Shown here: positions 1-10,254 of the stretch, in pieces | Position numbering within the stretch: the stretch's first letter is position 1 | Layout: every line of letters begins with the position of its first letter | Assembly (NCBI GenBank): GCA_001791325.1 | Contig: MGEK01000039.1 | Coordinates: forward strand, 1,175-65,174 | Direction: 5' to 3' | Length of the DNA: 64,000 nucleotides | DNA from: Candidatus Uhrbacteria bacterium RIFCSPLOWO2_01_FULL_47_25 | GTDB lineage: Bacteria > Patescibacteriota > Patescibacteriia > GWA2-46-9 | Translations under genes and position numbers: made by a program | Notes under the pieces: generated by a model | The model's database searches: none | Told to the model about the DNA's origin: nothing | The model's input: only the letters and a program-made list of their open reading frames with translations

Positions 1-87
1 ACCAACGTGAGCAGGCGATTCATCATAACTTATCCTAACCACATCGGTTATCTTGACTGGATATATGTATTTATTCTTTGTTTTCAT
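1..87 (-). CDS. 5' part of a gene running off the window, possibly an M23-family peptidase
   Basis: Manual translation MKTKNKYIYPVKITDVVRISYDESPAHVG; the SPAH motif resembles the region before the HxxxD motif of M23 peptidases. Only 29 codons are visible. Confidence 0.35.
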   Translation of the reverse strand, partial: MKTKNKYIYPVKITDVVRISYDESPAHVG

Positions 88-117
88 GCCACATGACACT
101 TTTTATACTTATTCCCA

Positions 118-639
118 CTACCATCCAATTAGTGCATAAGCCATTGAAACAATATTTAGATTCCCGTGTTGCTTTTCTACTAAATGAGCCAACTTCTTGG
201 CAACGCCTTTATAAAGTTCAATTTTCATATTAAGCTTTTGGTCCCAATCTAACAAATTAGAAACCATATCATACAACTTTAACAATTGCGCTTCTTCACT
301 TTTCTGAAAAATTTTTTCAAGACCTTCGGTTGGAGTTTCAAAAGTAAGCTCTTGAATCAATTTTACAACTTCGTCCGATATATTACTCGGCAAAGTCGCG
401 GTAGTATCCTCCACAACATCATGCAAAAGAAGGGCTTGGGCTCCGCGCCATCTTAATTCCTCTGACAATGTTGTTTCGGTCAACAGTGTCATTGCGCACC
501 AAATTGGATGGATGCTGTATGGAGTTCGCTTATCCCAAAATCTAAAAGAATTATCTGGCTGTTTTGGATACTCCTCGTGAGCAGTAATGACAAATAGAAT
601 TAGTTCTGAAAGTTTCTTAGTGTTTATATTATCCGCCAT
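118..639 (-). CDS. HD-domain hydrolase, Mesh1/SpoT-hydrolase-like
   Basis: Motifs PYSIHP, LLHDVVEDT, KLYDxxSNL. Confidence 0.7.
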   Translation of the reverse strand: MADNINTKKLSELILFVITAHEEYPKQPDNSFRFWDKRTPYSIHPIWCAMTLLTETTLSEELRWRGAQALLLHDVVEDTTATLPSNISDEVVKLIQELTFETPTEGLEKIFQKSEEAQLLKLYDMVSNLLDWDQKLNMKIELYKGVAKKLAHLVEKQHGNLNIVSMAYALIGW

Positions 640-738
640 AATATCCTTTTATTAATTTTTTAGATATATCATGTGGATTTATATTTTTGTTCTTATTGAT
701 CAGTTTTTGTTCTAAGAGCATATTTAAAAATGTTAGTA

Positions 739-1272
739 TTAAGGACGCAAAAATTCTTTCAGTTTATTTAGGGCGATTCTTCTCATACTGATTTCATTTT
801 TTTCTTCTCGACTCATTTCTGCGAATGTCTTTTTATGACCACTTGGCAAAAATATTGGATCCCATCCAAAGTTAATTTCTCCTTTTGGCTTGACTATCGT
901 GCCTTTTGTTACTCCTTCAAAATAATATATCTCTGCACGATTTTTTGCATATCCAATAAGCGTTTTTGCCTCTGCGCTAGTATCTCCTAATTTTTCAGCG
1001 ATTTTAGCTAATCCGTCATTTCCGACTGTTTTCAGAAACCACTTGATTAACGGACCTGGCAACCCATTTAAGCAATCAAGATACAAAGACGTGTCCTCTA
1101 CTATAAATTCTCCTTTCGAATGGTTCAGTGCTTCAAATAATTTCTTTTTTATTATTTCCTTTGCGTCAATTTCTTGAATTTCAAGCAGATCAATATCCAA
1201 CTGCCTTACTTCTGGCAGAATTGCCTTTACTTCCTCAAATTTATTCTTATTTCCAGTGATGAAGTAGATCAT
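739..1272 (-). CDS. rdgB: Non-canonical purine NTP pyrophosphatase (Ham1/RdgB/ITPA family)
   Basis: TGNKNKFEE, EDTSL, GLPGPLIKWF, FGWDPIF; the usual SHR motif reads SMR. Confidence 0.9.
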   Translation of the reverse strand: MIYFITGNKNKFEEVKAILPEVRQLDIDLLEIQEIDAKEIIKKKLFEALNHSKGEFIVEDTSLYLDCLNGLPGPLIKWFLKTVGNDGLAKIAEKLGDTSAEAKTLIGYAKNRAEIYYFEGVTKGTIVKPKGEINFGWDPIFLPSGHKKTFAEMSREEKNEISMRRIALNKLKEFLRP

Positions 1273-1304
1273 AATTTATTTCTCCTCATACCCCATGACA
1301 CTTC

Positions 1305-1733
1305 TTATATATATTTCCGTCTCTTTAAATATTCTTCAAACACCGGCGTGAGGTTATCAATAATATTATACTTTTTATATTCCTTCGGGTCTATCCATTC
1401 ATAAGCATCATGATCGGTGCTTACTATTACTTTAGGTGACAGTGCGTAACATTCAAAAAATATTCCAACAATCTGCCACTGTTCTCCGCGAACAACCGGA
1501 CGCCACTCATTTACTGTTATTGGATTTCCAATTTGGATACTTAAACCCGTCTCTTCAAGGACTTCACGAGCCAAAGCTTCATTAAAGCGTTCGCCGGGCT
1601 TCAACCGACCACCCGGAAGATCATAACGTCCCTCGTTCGTACCATCTGCGTATAAGCTTGCCTCACGAAGAATTAGAATTTTCTCATCATGAATAATTAC
1701 AGCTTTTGTCGCAATAAAAAGTTTTAGTTCCAT
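1305..1733 (-). CDS. NUDIX hydrolase
   Basis: Nudix box GGRLKPGERFNEALAREVLEETGL. Confidence 0.9.
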   Translation of the reverse strand: MELKLFIATKAVIIHDEKILILREASLYADGTNEGRYDLPGGRLKPGERFNEALAREVLEETGLSIQIGNPITVNEWRPVVRGEQWQIVGIFFECYALSPKVIVSTDHDAYEWIDPKEYKKYNIIDNLTPVFEEYLKRRKYI

Positions 1734-1766
1734 ATTATTGTAGCCCTACGCCCCGCGGCACTTCTG

Positions 1767-1871
1767 CTATTTATTGCCAGCCCCGTGCGCGCCTTTACGT
1801 TTGGCCAACAAGGTCATCCCGTCTTTAATGATGACCACCCCTGCTCCAACTTTTGGCACAGAATTTTCCAT
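1767..1871 (-). pseudogene. Truncated NUDIX hydrolase (NUDT15-like N-terminus)
   Basis: Manual translation MENSVPKVGAGVVIIKDGMTLLAKRKGAHGAGNK*; it stops just before the expected Nudix box. Confidence 0.65.
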
Positions 1872-1883
1872 AGTCTATTAAAA

Positions 1884-2348
1884 TTATATTTCTTCAACTT
1901 CCTTTAATCTATACTCCAGAATAACATCCGATTTGCCAAAAAGGAACTTACCCTTAAATTTCTTCCCGCTCAAGAATAATGGCATCCAATATATATCGTC
2001 AGACCACATATTGCCAAACGGAATTTCGTCTGTATGGAACCATTGCGGTTTCATTTCGTCGCTTTCAATTGGCTCTCCTAAAAAATTATCTGCCTTGAAA
2101 ATATGAACCTCTAAAATTTCAGGATTACCATTAAATTCAAAATTTATAATTCCCCTACGTTCTATTCCAGTGGCAATAACCCCAACCTCTTCTTTAGTTT
2201 CCCTCAAGACCGCTTCTTCAATGGGTTCTCCTTCTTTCACCTTTCCGCCAAATCCATTCCATCGTCCCGCTCCAAGTCCGCGTTTTTTCATTCCGAGTAA
2301 AATCTTGGGGTGCTGATGAATTATGCAGAGTGTAAATAGATTTTTCAT
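1884..2348 (-). CDS. 8-oxo-dGTP diphosphatase, MTH1/NUDT1-like NUDIX
   Basis: LLGMKKRGLGAGRWNGFGGK, Nudix box, MWSDDIYW; start moved to MKNLF at 2348. Confidence 0.85.
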   Translation of the reverse strand: MKNLFTLCIIHQHPKILLGMKKRGLGAGRWNGFGGKVKEGEPIEEAVLRETKEEVGVIATGIERRGIINFEFNGNPEILEVHIFKADNFLGEPIESDEMKPQWFHTDEIPFGNMWSDDIYWMPLFLSGKKFKGKFLFGKSDVILEYRLKEVEEI

Positions 2349-2372
2349 AATCTTTTGATCCTTATGCCCATG

Positions 2373-2448
2373 ACCCTCCTTCGCTAAAGCTTCGAACAGG
2401 CACAGCACTTTTTATCCCAGTAGTAGAAGCTTCGCTTCACTACGGGAT
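2373..2448. repeat. Short REP-like palindromes downstream of secA
   Basis: CCTCCTTCGCTAAAGCTTCG and ATCCCAGTAGTAGAAGC-TTC-GCTTCACTACGGGAT imperfect hairpin. Confidence 0.4.
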
Positions 2449-2457
2449 TGCGCGTTG

Positions 2458-5202
2458 TCATGCGCCATGACAACGCTTATATTTCTTGCCTGATCCGCAC
2501 GGACAGGGTTCATTGCGGCCTATTTTTTGATGCCGTACGGTTCCACCACCAGACACTTCCTGTCCACCTTCTGGCATATCGGCGTTCATACCCGCTGATC
2601 GCTCGGACATTGTTTTAGCTGGCGCGCTAAATGTTAAATTACGACGCTGCATTGAAGGAGCCATATCCACAGCCACGCTTATTTTATAGATGCTGTAAAC
2701 CACTTGCTTTCTGATAAGATCCAGCAACTCTTGAAACAAACGATAGGCCTCTCGCTTGTATTCCACCAAAGGATCGCGCTGACCGTATCCGCGAAGCCCA
2801 ATCCCCTGCCGCAGATGATCAATAGCTTCCAAATGCTCAATCCAAAGCGTATCAATGGCTCGGAGCATCATGGAGCGCTCAATTGACAAAAAAGCGGCTG
2901 GGTCATTAATTTTGCGCTTAATATTTTCGCGCAAAGCGCCGTAAGCATTTTTAGCGTCATCAATAATTGCCTCAATAAGTTTAGTGCGCTCAACCGCCCC
3001 CAAGGCGCGGTCAGAACCGGCTGAAGATATTTCCTTTAGAGCCGTTTCTGTATTGGCTGAAACCGGATAAATTGTCCGCAAAACTTCAATAATTTCCGGT
3101 ATATTCCAATCGCCGTCCCCTTCTAAATGAGTGTGAAACCCAACAACTTGCTCTATTTCTTGCTCAATCATGCCCAAAATTTCCTCCTCCAAAATATCCG
3201 CTTCGCCATTTTTACTCTCGCTAAATTTTTCTAAAATTCTACGACGCAATCCGTAAACTACTTCCCGATGCTTATTTATTACATCATCGTATTCCACCAA
3301 GTATTTTCTGATATCAAAGTTGTGTCCTTCAACTTTGTGCTGGGCTGATTCAAGGGCTTTAGAAACCATTCTATTCTCAATTGGCATATCTTCTGGCACG
3401 CCCAAGCGCTCCATCATGTTTCTTATGCGCTCGGAGCCAAAAATGCGCATTAAGTCATCGTCTAAAGAAACATAAAACTGCGATGAGCCCGGGTCGCCCT
3501 GTCGGCCGGCGCGACCTCGCAACTGATTATCAATACGCCGCGACTCATGGCGCTCTGTACCAATAACATGAAGACCGCCCAAAGCGACGACTGCTTCATG
3601 GTCTTTTTGCCATTGCTCTTGCGCTGTATGGTCAGCAATGGCCTCACCACCTTCTGAACTTGTCAGAGGCGGCGGCGTACCCCCCAAGATAATGTCCACA
3701 CCGCGACCGGCCATGTTGGTGGCTAAGGTAACCGCGCCTCGACGTCCGGCTTCAGTAATAATCTGCGCTTCACGTTCATGGTTTTTAGCGTTTAAGACTT
3801 CATGCGGAATACCTTCAGTCTCTAAAAGCGCGCTTAATGTTTCATTTTTCTCAATGGAAATAGTGCCAATAAGCACGGGCTGTCCTCGTTCATGCCGCTC
3901 TTTTACTTCACGCATCACCGCCGTGAATTTCCCCATTTCAGTTTTATAAATTCTGTCCGCTAAATCAGCGCGGATCATGGGTTTGTGCGTTGGAATCACC
4001 ACTACTTCTAATTTGTAAATTTTATGGAATTCTTCGGCTTCGGTTTCGGCCGTACCGGTCATGCCCGCTAACTTTTCGTACAATCTGAAATAATTTTGAA
4101 AAGTAATAGTCGCCAAAGTCTGACTCTCACGCTGAATTTCCACGCCTTCTTTTGCCTCAATGGCCTGATGCAGACCCTCTGAATAGCGGCGGCCAAACAT
4201 AAGGCGGCCGGTAAATTCATCAACAATGATAATCTCTCCATCCTTAACCACATAGTCACGGTCTTTTTTGTAAAGAGTTTCCGCTCGCAGGGCCTGCTCA
4301 ATGTGATGAACCGACGAAAGGCCACTAACCGTGTAAATATTTTCAACGCCTAGCCATTTTTCCAACTTGGCGATACCTTCGGCGGTTAATGTCGCCGCGC
4401 GCATTTTTTCATCAATGTTAAAATCAGCTTTCTCCTCCAGCTTTTTTATCAAATCAGCAAACTTGTAATAAAGATCAGTTGATTCTTCAGCAGGCGCGGA
4501 AATAATGAGCGGCGTGCGCGCTTCGTCAATCAAAATACTGTCCACCTCATCAACAATAGCGTAATGCAGTTTGCGCTGAACCATATCTTCCAGCCGCGCC
4601 ACCATATTATCGCGCAAATAGTCAAAACCGAATTCGTTGTTAGTGCCGTAGGTAACATCAGCCGCGTACGCCTCACGACGAGGCACGGGAACTAATGAAC
4701 GTGTTGGATGATCATATCTAAACGCGCTATCGTGCTGAATGCAGCCAACAGTCAAACCAACCGCATCATAAACTGGCCCCATCCATTCAGCGTGAAACTT
4801 AGCCAAGTAATCGTTGACCGTGACCAAATGCGCCCCCTTACCGGTTAAAGCATTCAAATATAGCGGCGCTGTGGCGGTCAAAGTTTTTCCTTCACCAGTT
4901 CTCATCTCGGCAATTTGACCGCGATGCAAAACCGCGCCGCCAATCAACTGCACGTCAAAATGGCGCTGACCCAAAGTGCGTCGCGCCGCTTCACGAATGA
5001 CGGCAAAGGCCTCGGGCAAAAGATCATCTATAGTCTCCCCTTCTTGAAGGCGTTTTTTAAATTCGTGAGTTTTAGCGCGTAATGCTTCGCTGGTTAAGGC
5101 TGTAAACGAAGGCTCAAGCTCGTTAATTCTCTCAATAATTGGCCTAATTGACTCCACGACCTTAGCATTTGGATCACCAAAGATTTTTGTTAAAAATGAC
5201 AT
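2458..5202 (-). CDS. secA: Preprotein translocase subunit SecA
   Basis: [27 protein letters not shown]-terminal [19 protein letters not shown]. Confidence 0.99.
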   Translation of the reverse strand: MSFLTKIFGDPNAKVVESIRPIIERINELEPSFTALTSEALRAKTHEFKKRLQEGETIDDLLPEAFAVIREAARRTLGQRHFDVQLIGGAVLHRGQIAEMRTGEGKTLTATAPLYLNALTGKGAHLVTVNDYLAKFHAEWMGPVYDAVGLTVGCIQHDSAFRYDHPTRSLVPVPRREAYAADVTYGTNNEFGFDYLRDNMVARLEDMVQRKLHYAIVDEVDSILIDEARTPLIISAPAEESTDLYYKFADLIKKLEEKADFNIDEKMRAATLTAEGIAKLEKWLGVENIYTVSGLSSVHHIEQALRAETLYKKDRDYVVKDGEIIIVDEFTGRLMFGRRYSEGLHQAIEAKEGVEIQRESQTLATITFQNYFRLYEKLAGMTGTAETEAEEFHKIYKLEVVVIPTHKPMIRADLADRIYKTEMGKFTAVMREVKERHERGQPVLIGTISIEKNETLSALLETEGIPHEVLNAKNHEREAQIITEAGRRGAVTLATNMAGRGVDIILGGTPPPLTSSEGGEAIADHTAQEQWQKDHEAVVALGGLHVIGTERHESRRIDNQLRGRAGRQGDPGSSQFYVSLDDDLMRIFGSERIRNMMERLGVPEDMPIENRMVSKALESAQHKVEGHNFDIRKYLVEYDDVINKHREVVYGLRRRILEKFSESKNGEADILEEEILGMIEQEIEQVVGFHTHLEGDGDWNIPEIIEVLRTIYPVSANTETALKEISSAGSDRALGAVERTKLIEAIIDDAKNAYGALRENIKRKINDPAAFLSIERSMMLRAIDTLWIEHLEAIDHLRQGIGLRGYGQRDPLVEYKREAYRLFQELLDLIRKQVVYSIYKISVAVDMAPSMQRRNLTFSAPAKTMSERSAGMNADMPEGGQEVSGGGTVRHQKIGRNEPCPCGSGKKYKRCHGA

Positions 5203-5233
5203 GTAAGCAACTATAGCGGCTTCTCAATAAAAT

Positions 5234-5358
5234 GTGAAGCACTCCACAAGCTCACCCCTATGGCGTCAGCCATGTCGCGGTTTCGTGAGGCGCCTGCCTG
5301 CCGCAGGCAGGAAACCCCATACCGTCCCGATGGCCATCGGGACCGGTGCGCGAGTGAA
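5234..5358 (-). mobile_element. Non-autonomous palindromic element (IS200/IS605-derived, PATE-like), related to 15392-15515
   Basis: Shares AGGAAACCCCAYACCGTCC...GGACYGGTGCG and a minus-strand end GTGGAG(TG)CTTCAC with the 15.4 kb copy; contains the CCTGCCTGCCGCAGGCAGG palindrome. Confidence 0.5.
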
Positions 5359-5389
5359 GAAGCCCGCGATGTCATGCACCGCGGGCTTC
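5359..5389 (-). terminator. Hairpin after the decarboxylase gene, possible terminator
   Basis: GAAGCCCGCG-N11-CGCGGGCTTC perfect 10-bp stem; weak U-tract. Confidence 0.45.
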
Positions 5390-5417
5390 TGTGTAGCGAA
5401 AAAAACCAAGTTAAATC

Positions 5418-6782
5418 TTACCACCCAAACAACTTCCCCACCTCCTCCGGTGTCTCGCGCCGCCGAGCCAGCGTAATATCGCCGTCTTGGACGATAATCT
5501 TGGCCGGTGAGGAAAGTAAACAGTGATGAGAAGCCAGAGCGTCTTGATAAGCTCCGGTATCAAAAATCGCTATGTATTGTTGCTCTCCATCTTCAAGCTC
5601 CTCAAGACGCGGCAAACGAATATATGTGCCCGAGGCCGTGTATTTGTCATCAGAATCGCAGGAACTACCGGTCAGCCAAACCGGTACGAGTTTTTTCGCA
5701 TCCATGTGGTTCACTGGAGCAACGTGCCACTTTTGATGAATCGCCCATGTATCAAGAAGATCATTCATAAAACTGCCGTCAATAATGTACCAAAGTTTTC
5801 TTGATCCATTAGAGACGGGTTTCGCATGGATAATTCTAAAAATAGAAATTTGCGCCGGCGCCACGGCATAACGACCCCACTCTACAATGAGATGGGGCGG
5901 GGGCACGCCGGCACGAGCGGCCATTTTCCCAATCGTCCCGACGATGCCGTTGGCCACGCTCTCAACGCTATAAAGTCTGCGGCTGCCATAGGGCACGGCA
6001 AACCCTCCCCCTAGATCAAGAGTATCAAGGCTGGGATTTGTTTTACGCAACTGGATATAGAGTTCCATCAACTTTTTGGCCGCCCGTACGAGATCACTCC
6101 CTTGTTCAATTTGCGATCCAAGATGATAATGAAGAATTTTTAAATTTCGAATACGCCCTAATTCTAAAATTTCTTCCGGGGATGTTCCGAATTGATCAAA
6201 TTTCTTGTCCCAGTGAGAGCGAACTTTTATATTGATATTAGCGCGGATACCCACATCACCCTTAAAACTTTTGAGCATCGGTATTTCTCCAAGATCTTCA
6301 ATAATGGGTGTAATGTAAACGCCGAGATTCCTAAGTTCGGTTATTAAGTCTATATATTTTGCCACTTTGGGACCATTGCAGATAACCCGAATACGCGCGT
6401 TGAAGTGATTTTGCCCCCACAATTTTTTCAACAGCCAAAGTTCATTATGAGAGGCAACTTCTAAATTTGCTCCCTCGGAAAGAAGCGGAATCACAAATTC
6501 TTTGTTCTGGTTTACCTTCATGGGGTAGTGATAGGAAAACCGACCGCGGTACTTACGGCGCCTCATAGTATTCTGAAAAACCGTAAAAAGATCCTCAACC
6601 TTTTGCTCCAAAATGTGGGGAAAAACAATTTCTAAAGGCGAACCGTATTTTTTGACTAATTCAAAAACGTTATACTGATAGTTACCCTCCTTAACGATAA
6701 GATGGCCATCCCGACTCACATCAAACCACTGCGTATTCAGCTCCGGACGTCCTAATTTCCAAAACTGGCGAACGTTTTTCAC
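5418..6782 (-). CDS. PLP-dependent group IV decarboxylase, arginine decarboxylase-like
   Basis: YPMKVNQ (PLP lysine), HYHLGSQ, DLGGGF, EWGR, CDSDD, GAYQ. Confidence 0.8.
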   Translation of the reverse strand: MKNVRQFWKLGRPELNTQWFDVSRDGHLIVKEGNYQYNVFELVKKYGSPLEIVFPHILEQKVEDLFTVFQNTMRRRKYRGRFSYHYPMKVNQNKEFVIPLLSEGANLEVASHNELWLLKKLWGQNHFNARIRVICNGPKVAKYIDLITELRNLGVYITPIIEDLGEIPMLKSFKGDVGIRANINIKVRSHWDKKFDQFGTSPEEILELGRIRNLKILHYHLGSQIEQGSDLVRAAKKLMELYIQLRKTNPSLDTLDLGGGFAVPYGSRRLYSVESVANGIVGTIGKMAARAGVPPPHLIVEWGRYAVAPAQISIFRIIHAKPVSNGSRKLWYIIDGSFMNDLLDTWAIHQKWHVAPVNHMDAKKLVPVWLTGSSCDSDDKYTASGTYIRLPRLEELEDGEQQYIAIFDTGAYQDALASHHCLLSSPAKIIVQDGDITLARRRETPEEVGKLFGW

Positions 6783-7138
6783 GACTGTACCTCCCTTTGC
6801 CGACGGCGCGGACTGACCAACCTAGCTTGGCGAACGCTAATGCTCCGTTTCTCTTTCAGGCCATGTAATTCACGCTTTAATTCGTCTTTAACGGCATCAA
6901 CTGCCGCATAAATATCGGTAGATACAGCCTCGGCTCTAAATAAGTGCTTTGGTCCATGGAGATTGGCTTCGGCACGCCAAACATCGCCCTTATGATGGTG
7001 TTTAGTAGTCCGCTCCAGCTCTACTCTGGCGTGCGTTAAACCGGGAAAAAATTTTGCCAGAGAAAGAATTTTTTGTTCCGCGTACCTCTTTAGGGCTGGA
7101 GTAAGGTCAAGATTCGTTCCTTTGATACTAATAACCAT
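6779..7138 (-). CDS. hpf: Ribosome hibernation factor HPF/RaiA
   Basis: IKGTNLDLTPALKRYAEQK, DIYAAVDAVKDELKR. Confidence 0.92.
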   Translation of the reverse strand: MVISIKGTNLDLTPALKRYAEQKILSLAKFFPGLTHARVELERTTKHHHKGDVWRAEANLHGPKHLFRAEAVSTDIYAAVDAVKDELKRELHGLKEKRSISVRQARLVSPRRRQREVQS

Positions 7139-7140
7139 AC

Positions 7141-7345
7141 CCCCGCACCTTTACGGCGTTAGCGTTCTTTGGTCAGCCCGCACTAGAGCTAGCGACCACA
7201 AAGAATCAATAGCTGAAACTGTAAGCTTATAACATTCCTGACGAACGCCTGTTACTATACCGGATTGAATTAAATGATAATGATAATTGATCATAAGTTA
7301 AGTTTTGGTTCAGCTGTGGCGTTCGTAACGCCGAAAGGTGCGGGG
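7141..7345. mobile_element. MITE-like element with ~21-bp terminal inverted repeats
   Basis: CCCCGCACCTTTACGGCGTTA ... TAACGCCGAAAGGTGCGGGG; CATA on both flanks; abuts the hpf start codon. Confidence 0.55.
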
Positions 7346-7393
7346 CATATTCACAAGAATAATAACATGGTCAAATAAATAAACACAAGAAAA

Positions 7394-8458
7394 TTAGTGG
7401 ATAACTTTGACCCCGGCGAGTTCATCAACCAGGCTCTCAATAAGAGCCATAGCGCTATCATTGCCGGGGTGATGATAGGCCTCCAAGCGTTCTTCAAAAA
7501 CATCAAGATTCCGAAGGAATTCCGCTATACCATCTATCTCTGCCACGCGCAGCATTTTGCCGTAACCTAATCGCTCAAGCTCCAAGGCATTATCAATCTG
7601 CTCAAATTGACCGGCGATCGGTATCGCCAAATATGGCTTTTTTAAAACAAGACTCTCGGAAATTAAGGTAAACCCGCCAGTGCCGATAATCGCCCGACAG
7701 CCCAGAAGATCATCCAAAAATCCTTGCTCGCTAAAAGCACGAAAATCTAAATTACCCTGCCGCCCTATCGCTCCATGGCCGTAAATACGATAAAGCTGAT
7801 TGGTTTTTTGCAATATGACCGGCAAACGTTCGTTCTTAAACGAATCATAAACTAAAATATGCTCGCCGCGATGCGGCCGCGCCCCCAAAATAGACGGCCG
7901 GATAATCGGCGGCACTATATGAACATGACTTTTTTTGACTGGCTCACTGGCCAAAGTGGTAACAACATAATGATCAGCTCGCGGCACAATCAAACGTACG
8001 ACGGCCTTAGACACAAGCCAATCATGGCGATAGCGCCAAGGCACCCTTGAACCACGAAACAACACATGATGAATATTGCCTATGGAAATGATGGGCACGC
8101 CGAAGCGCAGAGCCGTCAGGGCCGTCACCGGCTCAAAGTCAGTGCAAACGACGTCTGGCCGCGTTGTTTGAAAAAGATTGGCCGCCAATTCTAAACTCTT
8201 TACCGCCTCGGGAGCTCTAATTAAATTTCTCCAAATTGTTGACAAATATCGGATCGCGTTATGCTGATAATCAAAATGCAATCCAAAAACTTCGGTGACG
8301 GAAAATTCCTCCCCCAGCAAATCCTTGCCTCGGTCATAGGTTACCACTTGCACTTCATGCCCCTCATTGATTAAATAACGAATTACTTCGCGCGAACGAA
8401 TGGCGTGGCCAGAGCCCTCTCCGGAAACTCCGTAAATAATTTTTATGTTGGCAGACAT
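7394..8458 (-). CDS. GT-B glycosyltransferase (MJ1255/VC2487-like)
   Basis: YGVSGEGSGHAIRS, TDFEP, GGFTLISE, GQFEQ. Confidence 0.85.
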   Translation of the reverse strand: MSANIKIIYGVSGEGSGHAIRSREVIRYLINEGHEVQVVTYDRGKDLLGEEFSVTEVFGLHFDYQHNAIRYLSTIWRNLIRAPEAVKSLELAANLFQTTRPDVVCTDFEPVTALTALRFGVPIISIGNIHHVLFRGSRVPWRYRHDWLVSKAVVRLIVPRADHYVVTTLASEPVKKSHVHIVPPIIRPSILGARPHRGEHILVYDSFKNERLPVILQKTNQLYRIYGHGAIGRQGNLDFRAFSEQGFLDDLLGCRAIIGTGGFTLISESLVLKKPYLAIPIAGQFEQIDNALELERLGYGKMLRVAEIDGIAEFLRNLDVFEERLEAYHHPGNDSAMALIESLVDELAGVKVIH

Positions 8459-8468
8459 ATTGCTCCGG

Positions 8469-9122
8469 TCAAATTTTTTTCAAAGTTATCTTATGACGTT
8501 CCAATGTCCCGACGTATTGCCGTAGAGAAACGTCAAATATCTGCAAGCTTATATCAAACGAATTAACCCAAAACGATTTCCCCGCGGTTTTTAGAAGATT
8601 TCTCTTTAGTTCATTAAACTGCCGCCTATCATTAAGCACAGCCAAACCAATGGTAATGTGCGGCTGAAACTGACTTTTAACCATAGGATAACCGTATTTT
8701 TTTACCATTCTAGTCTCCATGGCGGAATAAAGCCCAAGAGACAAGCGCTCGTGATCCACGGAGCGAATAAAACCATTTCTCAAACTATTAGCGGAGCGCA
8801 CAATATCATTATGCAATAAAAACAAATTTTGATTGCCTTTAATCTTCAAAAAATAATAAGGTCGTTCGGCCGTTAATCCTTTTGACGCACTTTCTATGGT
8901 TAGGGCAAAATGGCGCCTTTTCAGCTTTTGCGCGGCACGCAACAAAGCTGGCATATTGCTTCTTGGAAAACGACATAGATATAAAGTAATGTGAGGACTA
9001 AAACGATAACCCGAGAAACTAACAATACCCGCCAACTTTTTAGCGCGCATAATAATTTTAGAAAATTGCGAAGGAACTGATATTTTGATGAATAAGATTA
9101 TTTCTCTGTTAACATGAGGCAT
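8469..9122 (-). CDS. 2H phosphoesterase (2'-5' RNA ligase family)
   Basis: Two HxT motifs, PHITL and PHITI; start uncertain. Confidence 0.75.
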   Translation of the reverse strand: MPHVNREIILFIKISVPSQFSKIIMRAKKLAGIVSFSGYRFSPHITLYLCRFPRSNMPALLRAAQKLKRRHFALTIESASKGLTAERPYYFLKIKGNQNLFLLHNDIVRSANSLRNGFIRSVDHERLSLGLYSAMETRMVKKYGYPMVKSQFQPHITIGLAVLNDRRQFNELKRNLLKTAGKSFWVNSFDISLQIFDVSLRQYVGTLERHKITLKKI

Positions 9123-9126
9123 AATT

Positions 9127-10251
9127 TTATGACGACTCCTTCAGCAGTTCTCCGACTGTTTTGTTAAAACCGACAAAAACTGGCTCTGGCTCAAGCACCA
9201 CTCCAAAAACATCGCGAACACGTTGACGAATTTGGCCGGCCAAAGCCACAACGTCTGATGCTTTTGCTCCGCCGCGATTGATAATGGCCAGCGTATGATT
9301 GGCGGAGATTCCAACTCGCCCAAACACGTCCCCGCGCTGAAACCCGGCTGATTCAATTAGCCAGGCGGCTGAAAGTTTTACCAATTCGCCGCCCATTGGC
9401 CAGCGCGGCATAACTTTGCTCGGGAACAAACGCGCGGACGCTCGCTGCAGCTCGTCGGACGTATCCCTGGTTACGATTGGATTTACAAAAAATGAACCAA
9501 CACCGCGGCTATTGGGATCGTCCTTATCAATTACCATAGATTTGCGACGGCGTATCGCCAAAACTGTTTGACGAACATCACCAAGCGTCGGTTTAACTAT
9601 GTGCTGTGCGCTTAACTCACGCGCCACATCGTCATATAGCACCGCCCCGTCATTAATACGAGATAAACGAAATATCACTTTCGTAATTAAATACCCTCCA
9701 GTTTTTTTAAAGCGACTCTGGCGATAGCCAAAACCACATTCTTGCCTGGAAAATTGACGCCTTGTGCCGGTCTGACAATCTATCGTTTCAACCGTCTCAA
9801 TAGTGGCAGCCGCCTCCTGACCATAACAGCCAATGTTCTGCACTGGCGCTGCGCCAACAAGCCCGGGCACGCCGCTCAAGCACTCTATCCCCGCGAGCCC
9901 CCTAGCAACAGTGGCTACCACTAAGTCATCCCAGTTAAGTCCGGCTGACGCTTCTACTATTGTATCATCGCTGTTGTGAAAAATGAGTTGACGATTCGTG
10001 TATCTCAAAACCAAACCACGCCAACCGCTATCAGCTACCACTATATTACTGCCGGCGCCCAGAACGAACACGGGCAATTTGCATTGATGCGCGTAACGTA
10101 AAATCTCCGCGGCCTCATCATCCTTATCTGTTTCAATATAATAATCAACTGGTCCGCCAATTCCCAAGGTCGTATGCGGCGCCAATGGCTCATTCTTTTT
10201 GACAAGCGAAACGAATTTTGTCCCGCTAAAAAAATTAACCGCATCTGTCAT
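9127..10251 (-). CDS. murB: UDP-N-acetylmuramate dehydrogenase
   Basis: HTTLGIGG, LGAGSN, GAAPVQNIGCYG, GSFFVNP, LEPEP. Confidence 0.96.
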   Translation of the reverse strand: MTDAVNFFSGTKFVSLVKKNEPLAPHTTLGIGGPVDYYIETDKDDEAAEILRYAHQCKLPVFVLGAGSNIVVADSGWRGLVLRYTNRQLIFHNSDDTIVEASAGLNWDDLVVATVARGLAGIECLSGVPGLVGAAPVQNIGCYGQEAAATIETVETIDCQTGTRRQFSRQECGFGYRQSRFKKTGGYLITKVIFRLSRINDGAVLYDDVARELSAQHIVKPTLGDVRQTVLAIRRRKSMVIDKDDPNSRGVGSFFVNPIVTRDTSDELQRASARLFPSKVMPRWPMGGELVKLSAAWLIESAGFQRGDVFGRVGISANHTLAIINRGGAKASDVVALAGQIRQRVRDVFGVVLEPEPVFVGFNKTVGELLKESS

Positions 10252-10254
10252 ACG

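Noticed and set aside
5234-5389. Structured RNA gene (SRP RNA, tRNA, riboswitch) upstream of secA
   Set aside because: No SRP or tRNA consensus found; similarity to the 15.4 kb insertion points to a mobile repeat.
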